From positions 32,001 to 96,000 of the IMG/VR virus record IMGVR_UViG_3300025162_000024: 64,000 nt of DNA; one strand, written 5' to 3'. Made by a program: the position numbers and the translations under genes. Each line of letters begins with the position of its first letter. The stretch's first letter is position 1. A model generated the notes under the pieces. It was given only the letters and a program-made list of their open reading frames with translations. It had not been told where the DNA came from and searched no databases. Below, piece by piece: positions 38,009 through 47,818 of the stretch. The stretch is from a virus.

Positions 38009-39094
38009 TCAAGTCGCGGCCTCCTTGGACGGAGCAGCAAAGGATTTCATAACGCTGTCAGATACGCCCTTCGGACCTGCTGCCCTCGCTGCATCACGGT
38101 CTTCCGTACGCCGTGGGATGATAACCCCAGGAAGTGGAGCATCGGGATCGTATGCCACATTCCAGAAATTATTCGTCCAGTAGCAGTCCCAGGCCAGCAG
38201 ACAATGTACGTAAACTTCGTGCTTGCTCGGAAGGCGTTTACTCGCGGTATCTTTGCGGTCCTCCCTACGCTCGGATACAGCCTCCTCTTCAAGCCATCTT
38301 GCCAACTGGCGCGTAGCACTGTGGAAGCTGCCGTGCTTCTTGTTCTGCACCAGACCCCAGAATTGGTTCAAGCTCTCTGTTCCGCGATGTCTATTCCAGG
38401 TGGCGAGCATAGCGGCCACCACCCCCTCGCGAAGCATGTAATCTGGCCGCAAATAGGGCTTCGCCCAGACCATAAAGTCAACGAACTCGTGGCATAGACA
38501 TGCTCGGTCCTCCTGTGACATTGTTCGCCTTCCGCCACTGACGTTCATGTCGATTCCACCGGTCAGCGTGGTCATGACCTTGGCATTTGTGCCTCTGAGC
38601 TTGGGCTCCTTATCGAACTCCGCTCTGTGCAGAATCTCCTGATCCTGCTTGGCCTCGAAGTTATGGCCGCGCTTCCTACCGCCTCGCTTACCCGGCTTCA
38701 CAAGATCCGTCGGCTTCTCTGGCTCTGCGTCCTTTGCAGGAATCTCCAATTCCAGGACCTTCGCAGGCTTCGCCTTGACCTCTCCCGGTGCCAGTTTCTC
38801 TGGAGCCGGGGGAAGATCCAGTGCAAGATCATCTTTCGCTGGCTTGATCGACTCTCCCCCCACGGGATCTGCCGCGACCACAGGCCTAACCTCCTTGACC
38901 GGAGCGGGAAGCATAATAACCTTCTGCTTGACCTCTTTCGCAGGGATCAGCGGAGCCTCACTCACAGGCTCCTTGCTCCAATCAAAGCCGCTGGCGAATG
39001 CAGAGAGGCCTATCTTACCCTGGGCCACAGCGATACCGCCCGGGCCTCCTGCCACACTCAGCTCAATACCGTAAACTCCATTACTAGTTTCCAT
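38009..39094 (-). CDS. Hypothetical protein with Pro/Lys-rich linker
   Basis: AGGAG SD before METS; helical C-terminal domain. Confidence 0.7.
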   Translation of the reverse strand: METSNGVYGIELSVAGGPGGIAVAQGKIGLSAFASGFDWSKEPVSEAPLIPAKEVKQKVIMLPAPVKEVRPVVAADPVGGESIKPAKDDLALDLPPAPEKLAPGEVKAKPAKVLELEIPAKDAEPEKPTDLVKPGKRGGRKRGHNFEAKQDQEILHRAEFDKEPKLRGTNAKVMTTLTGGIDMNVSGGRRTMSQEDRACLCHEFVDFMVWAKPYLRPDYMLREGVVAAMLATWNRHRGTESLNQFWGLVQNKKHGSFHSATRQLARWLEEEAVSERREDRKDTASKRLPSKHEVYVHCLLAWDCYWTNNFWNVAYDPDAPLPGVIIPRRTEDRDAARAAGPKGVSDSVMKSFAAPSKEAAT

Positions 39095-39104
39095 ACTCAA
39101 TCTC

Positions 39105-39641
39105 CTACTTTCTGGTCTTCCAACCGGTACTGGCCAGCATCTCCATGGCCTGGCCGATCCCCTCACCCCGGAACCTCGAGGCGACCAGGGACATACAGGC
39201 CGTCACAAGATGGGCCGTCTCCTGCCCGAGCACTCTTCGATCAATCCGTTTAGCTCGGATCGTGCCTGGCGTGCACCTTACGATATACACGTGCTGCTGT
39301 TGGGCCCGGGTCAAAGAGGATAGGACATCCGAGGCATCGAACCGTCCCTGGCACTCACTGAACCTGTGGGGAAGGTGCTGGTGCATGGGGATCTCGCAGA
39401 GCTCGGCTGCCCCTATGAGATGGATACACGCGGCACCCACCGATTCCATGCCCGCCTCAGGCCCCCACCTGACAGCCTGTCCTATCTGGTACAAGCCTAT
39501 CGCGAACCGGAGCAGGCTACCCCCGCCATCCCAATCGCAGTACTGGCGGATCCACTCACAAGACTCAAGAACCAGATCGGGGTCAAACTGGTCCACTACG
39601 CACGCCGGGAAACTGCTGTTCTTGAACTCGGGGATCATCAA
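39105..39641 (-). CDS. Hypothetical protein
   Basis: 178 aa; coupled to thyX. Confidence 0.6.
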   Translation of the reverse strand: MMIPEFKNSSFPACVVDQFDPDLVLESCEWIRQYCDWDGGGSLLRFAIGLYQIGQAVRWGPEAGMESVGAACIHLIGAAELCEIPMHQHLPHRFSECQGRFDASDVLSSLTRAQQQHVYIVRCTPGTIRAKRIDRRVLGQETAHLVTACMSLVASRFRGEGIGQAMEMLASTGWKTRK

Positions 39642-40330
39642 ACGGCCACCGGAACGATGTCATCGAACAGTACGGGTACCGCGGCCTTGAACATGACAAG
39701 GGCCTTGCAGGCTAGGTCCCGCATCTGAGGATGAGCCGCAGTCGCTGTTCTCAGCGTGAAGAAGTGTCGCCACTCCCGCATATTCGCGGTCATCACAATC
39801 TCTGTCTTCAAACTATTGGGGAGCACTGAGCGAGCTTCCTGGGCTGTTGCTCCCTCTGCAATCAGCCTAAGATACTGCTTCTCGACGTACTGCATAGTCT
39901 CAAACCAGGTGTCGAATTTCACCTCATCCTTGCCTCCAGGACCGCGATCCATCCAGAACACGGGATCCACGTAGGTTACCTCGCCGCCGAATCCATCGCG
40001 GCTGTAGTTGCAGTACCGCGTGCTCTCCTGGCTATACGAATCGGGGGATGGATGAAACATGTCCTCGTGTTCATCGTGGATCGTGGCTACTCGGTGCCGG
40101 ACCTGCTCGTGGGTCACACCCCGGTCGGTGACGAACAGCATCGAGGCTGAGACATGCTCAATGACGCTGGCATGACCACTCTTCATGATTCTACGGACGA
40201 ACTCCGCAGCACTATCTGCAGTGATCTTTGCCTCGCTCTTGTAGCAAGTTCGACCTGCCCGCTCGATCACCTGTAAGGCGTCGGCAGGCAACTCCTGAAT
40301 CCACTTACACGACTGTTCGACAATCCTCAT
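39638..40330 (-). CDS. thyX: FAD-dependent thymidylate synthase
   Basis: AGRTCYKS, GHASVIEH, RHR...SYSQESTRY, EARSVLP, NMREWRHF and AHPQMR. Confidence 0.92.
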   Translation of the reverse strand: MRIVEQSCKWIQELPADALQVIERAGRTCYKSEAKITADSAAEFVRRIMKSGHASVIEHVSASMLFVTDRGVTHEQVRHRVATIHDEHEDMFHPSPDSYSQESTRYCNYSRDGFGGEVTYVDPVFWMDRGPGGKDEVKFDTWFETMQYVEKQYLRLIAEGATAQEARSVLPNSLKTEIVMTANMREWRHFFTLRTATAAHPQMRDLACKALVMFKAAVPVLFDDIVPVAV

Positions 40331-41022
40331 AACTTAGTTTCCTCTTCATTAACAACTTCTGTGGGTACCCGATTTGGCGTCGTCTTACCTTCGCCAAACG
40401 AGCTTTCTCGACAGATTAAACCAACTGCCTGGGCATCCGGCCAACCTCGCCTACGTCTTGTGCATATCAATCTGCTATCAATCCCAGCCACTCTCGCCCA
40501 CTGAGCTACAGTGCGGGTAAAGCCTCCTGCCGTAATCCAAACATTAGACCGCATGTTACTAGCCTGCTCAAACCGCGGAATCCACTTACAATTCGAAGGC
40601 TCATAATCCCCGTTAACATCTACTCGCTCAAGAGAATAACCAGAAGGACGCGGTCCCATGTCCTTGATGAAACTGTTAAATGTCTGCCACCGATCGCATA
40701 CTTTTATACCGCGGCCGCCGTACCACTTAAAAACGGCACAAGAGATGTTGGAGCACCTGTGTTTCATCGCTGCCCAAATTGAGTGAGTTGGAGTGCGGCT
40801 CAGCCCGAGCTGACTACGCCCCGCTCCACGGCATCCGCAAGAAGACGTGTGACCATTTCTAAGATGACCCTGCAGCACCTCTACGACGTTGCCACACTTG
40901 CAGTGGCACACCCACTGCTTCTTAACGTTCTTCTTATACGGTACAAGCGAGACAACAGTCAACTCTCCGAAGAGCTGTCCAGTGAGGTCTGCCCCTCTCG
41001 TGATTGATCTACTAGATGCCAA
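40327..41022 (-). CDS. HNH homing endonuclease (free-standing)
   Basis: DLTGQLFGELTV, CHCKCGN, SCGC, YGGRGIKVC and SLERVDVNGDYEPSNCKW; visibly more AT-rich than its flanks. Confidence 0.88.
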   Translation of the reverse strand: MASSRSITRGADLTGQLFGELTVVSLVPYKKNVKKQWVCHCKCGNVVEVLQGHLRNGHTSSCGCRGAGRSQLGLSRTPTHSIWAAMKHRCSNISCAVFKWYGGRGIKVCDRWQTFNSFIKDMGPRPSGYSLERVDVNGDYEPSNCKWIPRFEQASNMRSNVWITAGGFTRTVAQWARVAGIDSRLICTRRRRGWPDAQAVGLICRESSFGEGKTTPNRVPTEVVNEEETKL

Positions 41023-41273
41023 TTATGTCAATCTCCAGTCAGAATCTCTCGCATCGCATTGTCATACGGTTCCATCAGATACATCAGTCTGCATCCTCCT
41101 AATAAAGACCTCAGTCGGCCACTCACTGTACGGATCACACTCCCACTCGTCCAGGGGCGGACACGGGCAGTCTGCTACGTGCCCCCCGTGGATCAGGCAT
41201 AGGAAGTCGTCACACTGATCGCACCGGACCCAGGCAGCCTGGGCCTGGGTCCGGGTTAGAACTCGATCTCGGC

Positions 41274-41687
41274 TCACTCCTGGCCGCCGACGAGGACCCC
41301 GCACTTGTGGGGTGTGCCACCGTTCTCGGAGATCAGCTGCGGACTATCCAGCAAGTCTGAGAACAACCGTCGACTTGTACTGGCCCCGATGAACACACCT
41401 GCTTCGCTGATCTCTACCACACGACATCTACCGATATCAGGGTAGATAATCTCGCACGTGCCAAGGTCCGGGAACGTCTCGAGCGTGTACGGAACCCACT
41501 TGGCGGGTTCCGGCTTGTTCCGTAGGCTTGTCTCAAAGAAGTAATTCCAGGTCAGCTCACCGGTTACACTGCTCCTGTACTCCACAAAATACGTGGTCTT
41601 CTCTGCCAACCGGGTGAACCCAGCAAGAGTCACGTCCATCCACTGGTCGTTCCTCTTCATCTGAATCGGCTTGGTCGTATCAATCAT
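41274..41687 (-). CDS. Hypothetical protein
   Basis: 137 aa; AAGGAG SD. Confidence 0.7.
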   Translation of the reverse strand: MIDTTKPIQMKRNDQWMDVTLAGFTRLAEKTTYFVEYRSSVTGELTWNYFFETSLRNKPEPAKWVPYTLETFPDLGTCEIIYPDIGRCRVVEISEAGVFIGASTSRRLFSDLLDSPQLISENGGTPHKCGVLVGGQE

Positions 41688-41718
41688 CTCTCGATCTCCT
41701 TTTGTTCGTCGTTTACCG

Positions 41719-43452
41719 TTAGCTAGGCTTGTTCACATAGAGCTGCTTGGAACCTGACCACGTACCTGACGTGAACCAGACTTGATCCCCACCGTATTTG
41801 GCGTCAACCCGGGAGACAACCATCTGGTACGGATCCAAACTCCTGGAGGAGGGCCTGAACCAGAGGGTATCCCCTATGTTGAACCGGCCGTCGGCACACT
41901 CATACTGACCCTGCTTCTTCTTCGGCTGGATAGGCTTGTTCACGTACAGATGTGAGGGTGTTGCGTACGTCCCCTCGGTCAGCCAAACCCTGCGACCACA
42001 TTCCATGTCTTCTACCCGCTCTACAACCACTTCTTCTGGATCCTTGTCAGGTTGGCTGTAGTCGAACCACAGGGTGTCACCCAGGTCAAATCGGCCATCG
42101 GCACACTCGTACTGCCCGTTCTTCTTCTTAGACTTGAGCTTGGTCAACTCCTCCTGCAGCTCGTCGATCTGGCTGATCCGCTCATGGGCATCATCCACCA
42201 GCTCATCGGCATCATCCTCCAGCTGCTTGATCTTCTCGCTCTTGGTCACAAGTGTGTCCTTGAGCTCCATGACCTGAGTCTGCAGCTGGGTGATAGTCTG
42301 GGCCTGCCGGTTGACCTTGCCCTGGAGGCCGCGGACCACCTCGTTCTCGCCCCGAATCTTCTGGGTCAGATCGTTGATCTGCACATGCTGCTCCAGATCA
42401 GACTTCTGGAACTCAGCGATCGTCTTGTACTGCTCAGAGTGCATGCGGTCAAGACTCTCGATCTCCTTGGCCTGCCTGGCGTTTTCATCCTTGAGCCTGC
42501 TTACGTGCAGCTCACAGGTGATCCCCGATGGTGGGTCTATCGCCTTGACCAGCTTGGCCAAGACCTCTGAATCTGGAGTCAAGCTTGGCGACGTCCACCG
42601 AACGCTGATATCCCCAGTGATCACCAACGGTGCAGAATCCGGGCACGACGCATACCGCCCAGCCGGCTGCCACCGGCTAAGTATTTCCTGGGCCTCCCGC
42701 ACCGAGAGCGGCTGACAGTCCCAGAGGATGCAGTCCTTTTCCGAGACGGGTACCTTGATCCCTTCAGGGACCAGCGTCTCGTGATACCCACGGGTGGCCG
42801 GGAACTCGTAGATCCGGCCAGTCTCCTTGTTCTGATACCAGCGAACTGCTTCGGTCCATGTCCGGCGGATGGCCTGGGCCTGAGCAGGGGTGATACTGAA
42901 GCAATTGTGGTCCGCCTTGACCTCCTGCTCAGTGGACGACGACTGGCACCCGTCCGTTCGATACGAGCGGCTGTAGTGAACGCCCTTAGGATACTCCCAG
43001 ATAAACATCAGCCCATCACTGGAGTAGAACCTGGGCTCTTCCTTCGGCCGGAAGTCGCCGGGGCCCAGCTGCTTGTGGCCATTCTTGATGCAGTCAAACT
43101 CGGTCCATGAGGTGCCACCCCCGTTGATCTCGCCAGTCTTATCGTCACAGAACCTGGCGTCCGGATATTTCCGAACGTACCCGCTCTCTTCCGCGTACCA
43201 CCGTACCGGCTCGGACCACGATCGCCGAACGGCCTGAGCCTGCTCCTGGGTAATCCGGAAGACACCGGAGTAGCCCAGTACGGTCTGTTCGGAGATCGCA
43301 CTGCTCGTGTAATCAGCACTGTAGGCGTTCGCAGCCGGGTACTCCCAGACGTACGCCAGGCTCTTGCAGGTATAGAACCGCGGCTCTTCTCTGTGCTTGA
43401 GCACGCTAACCACGCAGCAGCCATTTCCACAATTGCAATCACTTTTAGCCAT
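41719..43452 (-). CDS. RWY-repeat family protein (4 units + coiled coil + 2 CADG units)
   Basis: Four R(W/F)Y..(Y/F)P units; YECADGRF(D/N)(L/I)GDTLWF x2; AAGGAG SD before MAKS. Confidence 0.85.
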   Translation of the reverse strand: MAKSDCNCGNGCCVVSVLKHREEPRFYTCKSLAYVWEYPAANAYSADYTSSAISEQTVLGYSGVFRITQEQAQAVRRSWSEPVRWYAEESGYVRKYPDARFCDDKTGEINGGGTSWTEFDCIKNGHKQLGPGDFRPKEEPRFYSSDGLMFIWEYPKGVHYSRSYRTDGCQSSSTEQEVKADHNCFSITPAQAQAIRRTWTEAVRWYQNKETGRIYEFPATRGYHETLVPEGIKVPVSEKDCILWDCQPLSVREAQEILSRWQPAGRYASCPDSAPLVITGDISVRWTSPSLTPDSEVLAKLVKAIDPPSGITCELHVSRLKDENARQAKEIESLDRMHSEQYKTIAEFQKSDLEQHVQINDLTQKIRGENEVVRGLQGKVNRQAQTITQLQTQVMELKDTLVTKSEKIKQLEDDADELVDDAHERISQIDELQEELTKLKSKKKNGQYECADGRFDLGDTLWFDYSQPDKDPEEVVVERVEDMECGRRVWLTEGTYATPSHLYVNKPIQPKKKQGQYECADGRFNIGDTLWFRPSSRSLDPYQMVVSRVDAKYGGDQVWFTSGTWSGSKQLYVNKPS

Positions 43453-43480
43453 TTTCTTCTCCTTTTGGGTTGAATCACTT

Positions 43481-43795
43481 CTAGTACGGACGATCCTCGT
43501 CCTCCCACGGTAGGTCATCAACAGCCTCTCCCGCATCCCACTCCAGGCCCCTGCTCATAGCCCGAGGCTCGCTATCCTCCGTCTGCCCCATGTTCAGAGT
43601 CTCGCACAGCTCGTCTATCTCCTCATCGGTCGGCAGGCTGAGCTCCTCATCCGTGAAATACATCTGGACCATTTCATCGCAGAGCATGTCGCCCCGAAGA
43701 TCCTGAAACATCCTGAGAGACATGAGCACAGTAGCCAACAGCTTAGGACTGAGCTTTACTGGCTTGTCCTTTCCTACTTGAACCTTAGTCGACAT
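43481..43795 (-). CDS. Acidic hypothetical protein
   Basis: 104 aa; AGGAGG SD. Confidence 0.65.
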   Translation of the reverse strand: MSTKVQVGKDKPVKLSPKLLATVLMSLRMFQDLRGDMLCDEMVQMYFTDEELSLPTDEEIDELCETLNMGQTEDSEPRAMSRGLEWDAGEAVDDLPWEDEDRPY

Positions 43796-44043
43796 CTTCG
43801 ACCTCCTTTGGCATCCAGACCCATGCTTGGACCCACGTACCGTGTGGTGCTACGCTGAACGCTGCGTCCTCGTCGATCTCCAGGTTGTCATCGCTCGGAT
43901 CGGCATAGACCCGGGTGGCCAGCTCCCTGAGTGCCCGGTCAGCTCGGCTCCGCATAGACCTGTGCTCATTGTTCAGCCTGCGGACGATACCCTCGAACCC
44001 GAATGAGGCTAATGCCTGCTGGACGCCCTCGTACTCTTTGGGG

Positions 44044-44571
44044 TCAATCCTGATCCACATCCTGATCCCCCCAAAGACGATGGTACGCCGCTCGGAGGTA
44101 TCCGCTGGCATCCATGAGTTCGGCGGAAACACAACCGCAAACAAGGCTGAGAGACGACTCATCCTTACACGACGTTACGCACACCACGTCATTTCCGTCG
44201 CAGAATATCCGGATGTGCTCATCGTGCTCGAAGCCGATGTTGTCAGCAACCTCTTCCCTCGCCATCTTCAAGGCATTGAGCGCATCTCGCTGGGTTGCGT
44301 ATTCCGCTCGGAGCATAGCCGCACACCCTAACTTTTCCTTGGGCTTGCTCAGGTCGAAGTAGGTCCCGCCCTGCTCCTCGCAATACTTTTTCATCTTGTC
44401 CACGTACCGCTGGGCATCGGCAATCACCCTATCGTGCTGTACCTCCAGATCACGGTTGAGAGTGCGGAACGCAGTCATCATAGCACTGCGAAGTCCAACG
44501 TCGCTGTCCTGCCCGCCAAGCGGAAAAAGTACCCGGCTAAGCTGGTACTCGAACTCTTCTTGTGTCAGCAT
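44044..44571 (-). CDS. Hypothetical protein
   Basis: 175 aa; AAGGAG SD. Confidence 0.6.
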   Translation of the reverse strand: MLTQEEFEYQLSRVLFPLGGQDSDVGLRSAMMTAFRTLNRDLEVQHDRVIADAQRYVDKMKKYCEEQGGTYFDLSKPKEKLGCAAMLRAEYATQRDALNALKMAREEVADNIGFEHDEHIRIFCDGNDVVCVTSCKDESSLSLVCGCVSAELMDASGYLRAAYHRLWGDQDVDQD

Positions 44572-44583
44572 CTTCGTCTCCTT

Positions 44584-45480
44584 TTAATTGACCGAACCAG
44601 GTTCTACGTAGAACTTCCGATACAGATCGGCATCCGAGTTCATCCAGGTCCACAAGACCTGAAGATCATCGTCCTTCTGGTACTCTTTGGGTATCTCCTG
44701 ATGCCCTGTGCCGATCCCGCCCCGCCCGGGCATCCCCTTGATCCCCACGGCCGATGGGACCTGCGAAGGCCTCCAGATGGTTCCACCCGTCGCCCAAATA
44801 CGCAGGTCGACAAACGGATTATCCCCGTCCAATGACTCTCTCAGCGCCCTGTACTTCTCTGGCCTCAGCCCTGTTTGGCACAGACTGGCATGCCCCAGGT
44901 TGTCATGGATGAAATACCGGCGGGCTGCAACGTTGTAGTAGTGGGCTAGACCTTCACCGGCCAGCTCGTGATCGTACAAGGCACATGCCATCAGATCCAG
45001 GTAGTTCGGAGAGTAGTAGTCGTCATCCTCTATGAACAGGGTGGCCTCCCCCTGCAACACCCCGGGCTCGAACGCTGCCCTGAGGTTGGCACACAGGGTA
45101 TGGCCCTCTCCCGGGGCCCGGCGTACCACCTGCTGGACAAAATGGGTGTGAGTCTCCTTGCGTCCGTCGTCGACCACCACCCACTGGATCTTCCCCTTAT
45201 ACGATTGGTGGTACATCCAGAGCTCGCACAGGTCGAAGGCCGTCGGACGATCACCGGTACACGTCAGCAGCGTCAAACTCTTCAACTGCCTGCTCTGATC
45301 AATGACCGGCTTGGAGACAAGTTTGATATGGGCGTCCTGGGCCATCCTTGTGAGCTGGGCGGCCACCGAGTTGTACTCCATGCCCTTGAGCAACCCGGTC
45401 AACGCCTGCCTCAACCTCGGGTCAGGATTCTTCATCTCGGGGAGCTTCTGGAGCAAAGCTTCAGTCTCCTTCTGATTCAT
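44584..45480 (-). CDS. Glycosyltransferase, GT-A fold (GT2-like)
   Basis: TCTGDRP, VVVDDG and IEDDDYY (DxD). Confidence 0.8.
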   Translation of the reverse strand: MNQKETEALLQKLPEMKNPDPRLRQALTGLLKGMEYNSVAAQLTRMAQDAHIKLVSKPVIDQSRQLKSLTLLTCTGDRPTAFDLCELWMYHQSYKGKIQWVVVDDGRKETHTHFVQQVVRRAPGEGHTLCANLRAAFEPGVLQGEATLFIEDDDYYSPNYLDLMACALYDHELAGEGLAHYYNVAARRYFIHDNLGHASLCQTGLRPEKYRALRESLDGDNPFVDLRIWATGGTIWRPSQVPSAVGIKGMPGRGGIGTGHQEIPKEYQKDDDLQVLWTWMNSDADLYRKFYVEPGSVN

Positions 45481-46271
45481 CTCAAAAGCTCCTTGTACTT
45501 CGATTGGGTCAGTCTAAGCGAGAATCGCAGAGCACTATGATCGACGACCGTCGCGGCCCTATCCAAGTCCTCCATCTCACTCATCTTCCTCTGGTGTTCG
45601 GAGTCTGCGACATCCGGACGACCTCGGGCCGCTTTGGCCCCGAACTCCGCCCTCGACTTCGTCCAGTAGTGGTTGATCGCCATTCGCGAATAGCATACGG
45701 GACTAACCAGAGGACCGGTGCACGGGGTTAGCCCGGTGTCCACCGCCAGCCGGCTCTCAGTATACGAAAACGAGTGGATGCCCACGCCGTTCGGGCAGAC
45801 GCATTCTGGGCGAACCAAGCTCTTTACGTGCTGGCACACCGGATTCGAGTCAGGCACACGCATCACATAGTTATCCATCACCAACCCTGGCGGTTTAACC
45901 GGGTGCCCAGAACTCCCAAACATCTTCCAATGGAGGCAGATCCCAACCTGGTCCTCGAACGGACTGAGATCAAGGCGATCGCCCTCCTGGGGGATGATGA
46001 ACTCATCGGCATCGATCACAGCAAGCCACCGGGTATTCCCCCGGGCCCGCATCAGTCCGTCACGGTAGACGGGCCTCTGCTGGACCCTGCCCGGCCAATC
46101 GATGAGCTCATAGAACTCCTTGAACGGCTCCAGGGCCCGGCACAAATCGTCAGAACTCTCGTTATTGAAAATATAGAAATGATCGACACCCAGCAGTAGA
46201 TGATGGACCAGCCATTCCCTAAGGTACGGAGCTTCGTCCTTGACCATGACCAGCACAGATAAGTTGTACGT
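45477..46271 (-). CDS. Glycosyltransferase family 92 / GT2-like
   Basis: KDEAPYLREW, GVDHFYIFNN, IDADEF, HVKS and NHYWTKS; SD points to an ACG at 46271 (ORF track start GTG 46256). Confidence 0.85.
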   Translation of the reverse strand, partial: TYNLSVLVMVKDEAPYLREWLVHHLLLGVDHFYIFNNESSDDLCRALEPFKEFYELIDWPGRVQQRPVYRDGLMRARGNTRWLAVIDADEFIIPQEGDRLDLSPFEDQVGICLHWKMFGSSGHPVKPPGLVMDNYVMRVPDSNPVCQHVKSLVRPECVCPNGVGIHSFSYTESRLAVDTGLTPCTGPLVSPVCYSRMAINHYWTKSRAEFGAKAARGRPDVADSEHQRKMSEMEDLDRAATVVDHSALRFSLRLTQSKYKELLR

Positions 46272-46500
46272 ACGCCCTCCTGTTCACAGATCGAGGATCA
46301 CGTTGTTCACGTCACCCTCTGGATCGAAAAACACATCGGCAAAGTCCTCTGGGTATATGGAGTCCGCACACGGATTTTGTGGGAAATGCGTGGCCATCCC
46401 TCCAGGTTACCCCAGGGGGCTCCTACTAACCTGGGGGGTCCCCGGCCGACCTGAGAACCCCCCTGGACCAGACCATGGCCACCGCAGGAGCGGCGCAAGC

Positions 46501-46659
46501 TTACCACCACATGCGGCATATCCCGTAGACCATGCAGACGATGACCGCGGCCACCACGGCCATCCCCACCCACAGGCCCAGGGCGTGACACATCTCTTCG
46601 AGAAGTGTCCGCCTTGGCCCCATGACCGAGGCTACTTGCTCATCTCTTTTTTTAGCCAT
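46501..46659 (-). CDS. Small membrane protein (52 aa)
   Basis: Hand translation ending ...LGLWVGMAVVAAVIVCMVYGICRMWW; GGAGG SD. Confidence 0.55.
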   Translation of the reverse strand: MAKKRDEQVASVMGPRRTLLEEMCHALGLWVGMAVVAAVIVCMVYGICRMWW

Positions 46660-46672
46660 TGGCCTCCGGCGA

Positions 46673-47425
46673 TCACGTATATACCTGGCAGTCCGGCATA
46701 TTGTCCAGAGCCGAGAAATCCTTGACCCGACTTCCGTACAGTCGCACGCAACGCAGCTTGCGTAGTTTGGCGAGGGGCCGTACGTCGCTGACCGAGGTGC
46801 CCACTATACTCAGCCATCTCAGGTTCCGGCAGTGGGCCAGGGCCGAGATATCCTTGACCCCCGTGTCTCCCAGGTTCAGGTCATCGAGCTTCATGCAGTG
46901 GGCCAGGGACGAGATATCCCTGACGTTGGTATCAGTCAGATAGAGATTACTGAGTCTCTTGCACTTGGCCAGCCCGCTGATATCTCGGATCGTAGTTCCA
47001 CTCAGATCCAGCATCTCCAGTTTCGGGCACTCGGAGAGCCTCTCGCTGACCACCGCCGCCTTGATCCCTCGCCTGTATGGCATGTCGAGTTCGGTAATAT
47101 CCCGAAGGAACCTTTGGGGCAGGATCTCAAACAGGTTGTCGGCCGCCGCATTCAAGTCCGCGGCTATCATCCGATTCAGGCGGCCAGCGGCTATATCTCG
47201 GAGCATCCCCCGGGGTACTCCTTGGCGGCCCTCGCAATCCTCTCCCCAGGTCACCCCGTGCACCCTGCGGATTGCACTGTGCCCGACCGCCTCCTCCCAG
47301 GTCATCTCCCCATTCGCGATCAAGGCCTTCACATCGTTGTCCGTGTTCCAGACTGCCTTGGCCTTTTTTCCAGTAGCAGTGTAGGTCGCACCCGTGATCC
47401 AACTAGGTATATCGCACATGTTCAA
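46673..47425 (-). CDS. Leucine-rich-repeat protein (internalin-like 22-aa LRRs)
   Basis: LxxLxLxxTxVxDISxLAxC repeated about five times. Confidence 0.88.
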   Translation of the reverse strand: MNMCDIPSWITGATYTATGKKAKAVWNTDNDVKALIANGEMTWEEAVGHSAIRRVHGVTWGEDCEGRQGVPRGMLRDIAAGRLNRMIAADLNAAADNLFEILPQRFLRDITELDMPYRRGIKAAVVSERLSECPKLEMLDLSGTTIRDISGLAKCKRLSNLYLTDTNVRDISSLAHCMKLDDLNLGDTGVKDISALAHCRNLRWLSIVGTSVSDVRPLAKLRKLRCVRLYGSRVKDFSALDNMPDCQVYT

Positions 47426-47447
47426 ATCTCCTTGTTTGTCAGCACTC

Positions 47448-47783
47448 TCACGCCACTCTTCTCGTGTGTACCGGTGGATCAGGGATCCAAGCCAGGTACT
47501 GGTCCCAGCCCAATCCCCACTCCCTGCGGTAGACGATCCCCCCGAACTCCAGCAGAAGACTCATCTGTAGCCTTCCCTTCCGATCAGGCTGGTAACTCGG
47601 CAGGGTCCTGGACCCTCTGTAGATCAGGATGTCCCCGGCCTTCGCCAGGATCGCGGGCGTCCCGTCCATCTCATACAGGTTCAGGGCCTGGATGACCTCA
47701 AACCGCTGGCCACCCTCCCAGAGATGCCCGTCTTCTCCCAATACCACATGATCAGGCTGATACTTCTCAGATGCTCGACGCAT
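47448..47783 (-). CDS. Hypothetical protein
   Basis: 111 aa; AGGAG SD. Confidence 0.6.
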   Translation of the reverse strand: MRRASEKYQPDHVVLGEDGHLWEGGQRFEVIQALNLYEMDGTPAILAKAGDILIYRGSRTLPSYQPDRKGRLQMSLLLEFGGIVYRREWGLGWDQYLAWIPDPPVHTRRVA

Positions 47784-47818
47784 GATATCTCCTGGTAAAA
47801 ACTCAAACCAGATTCAGG

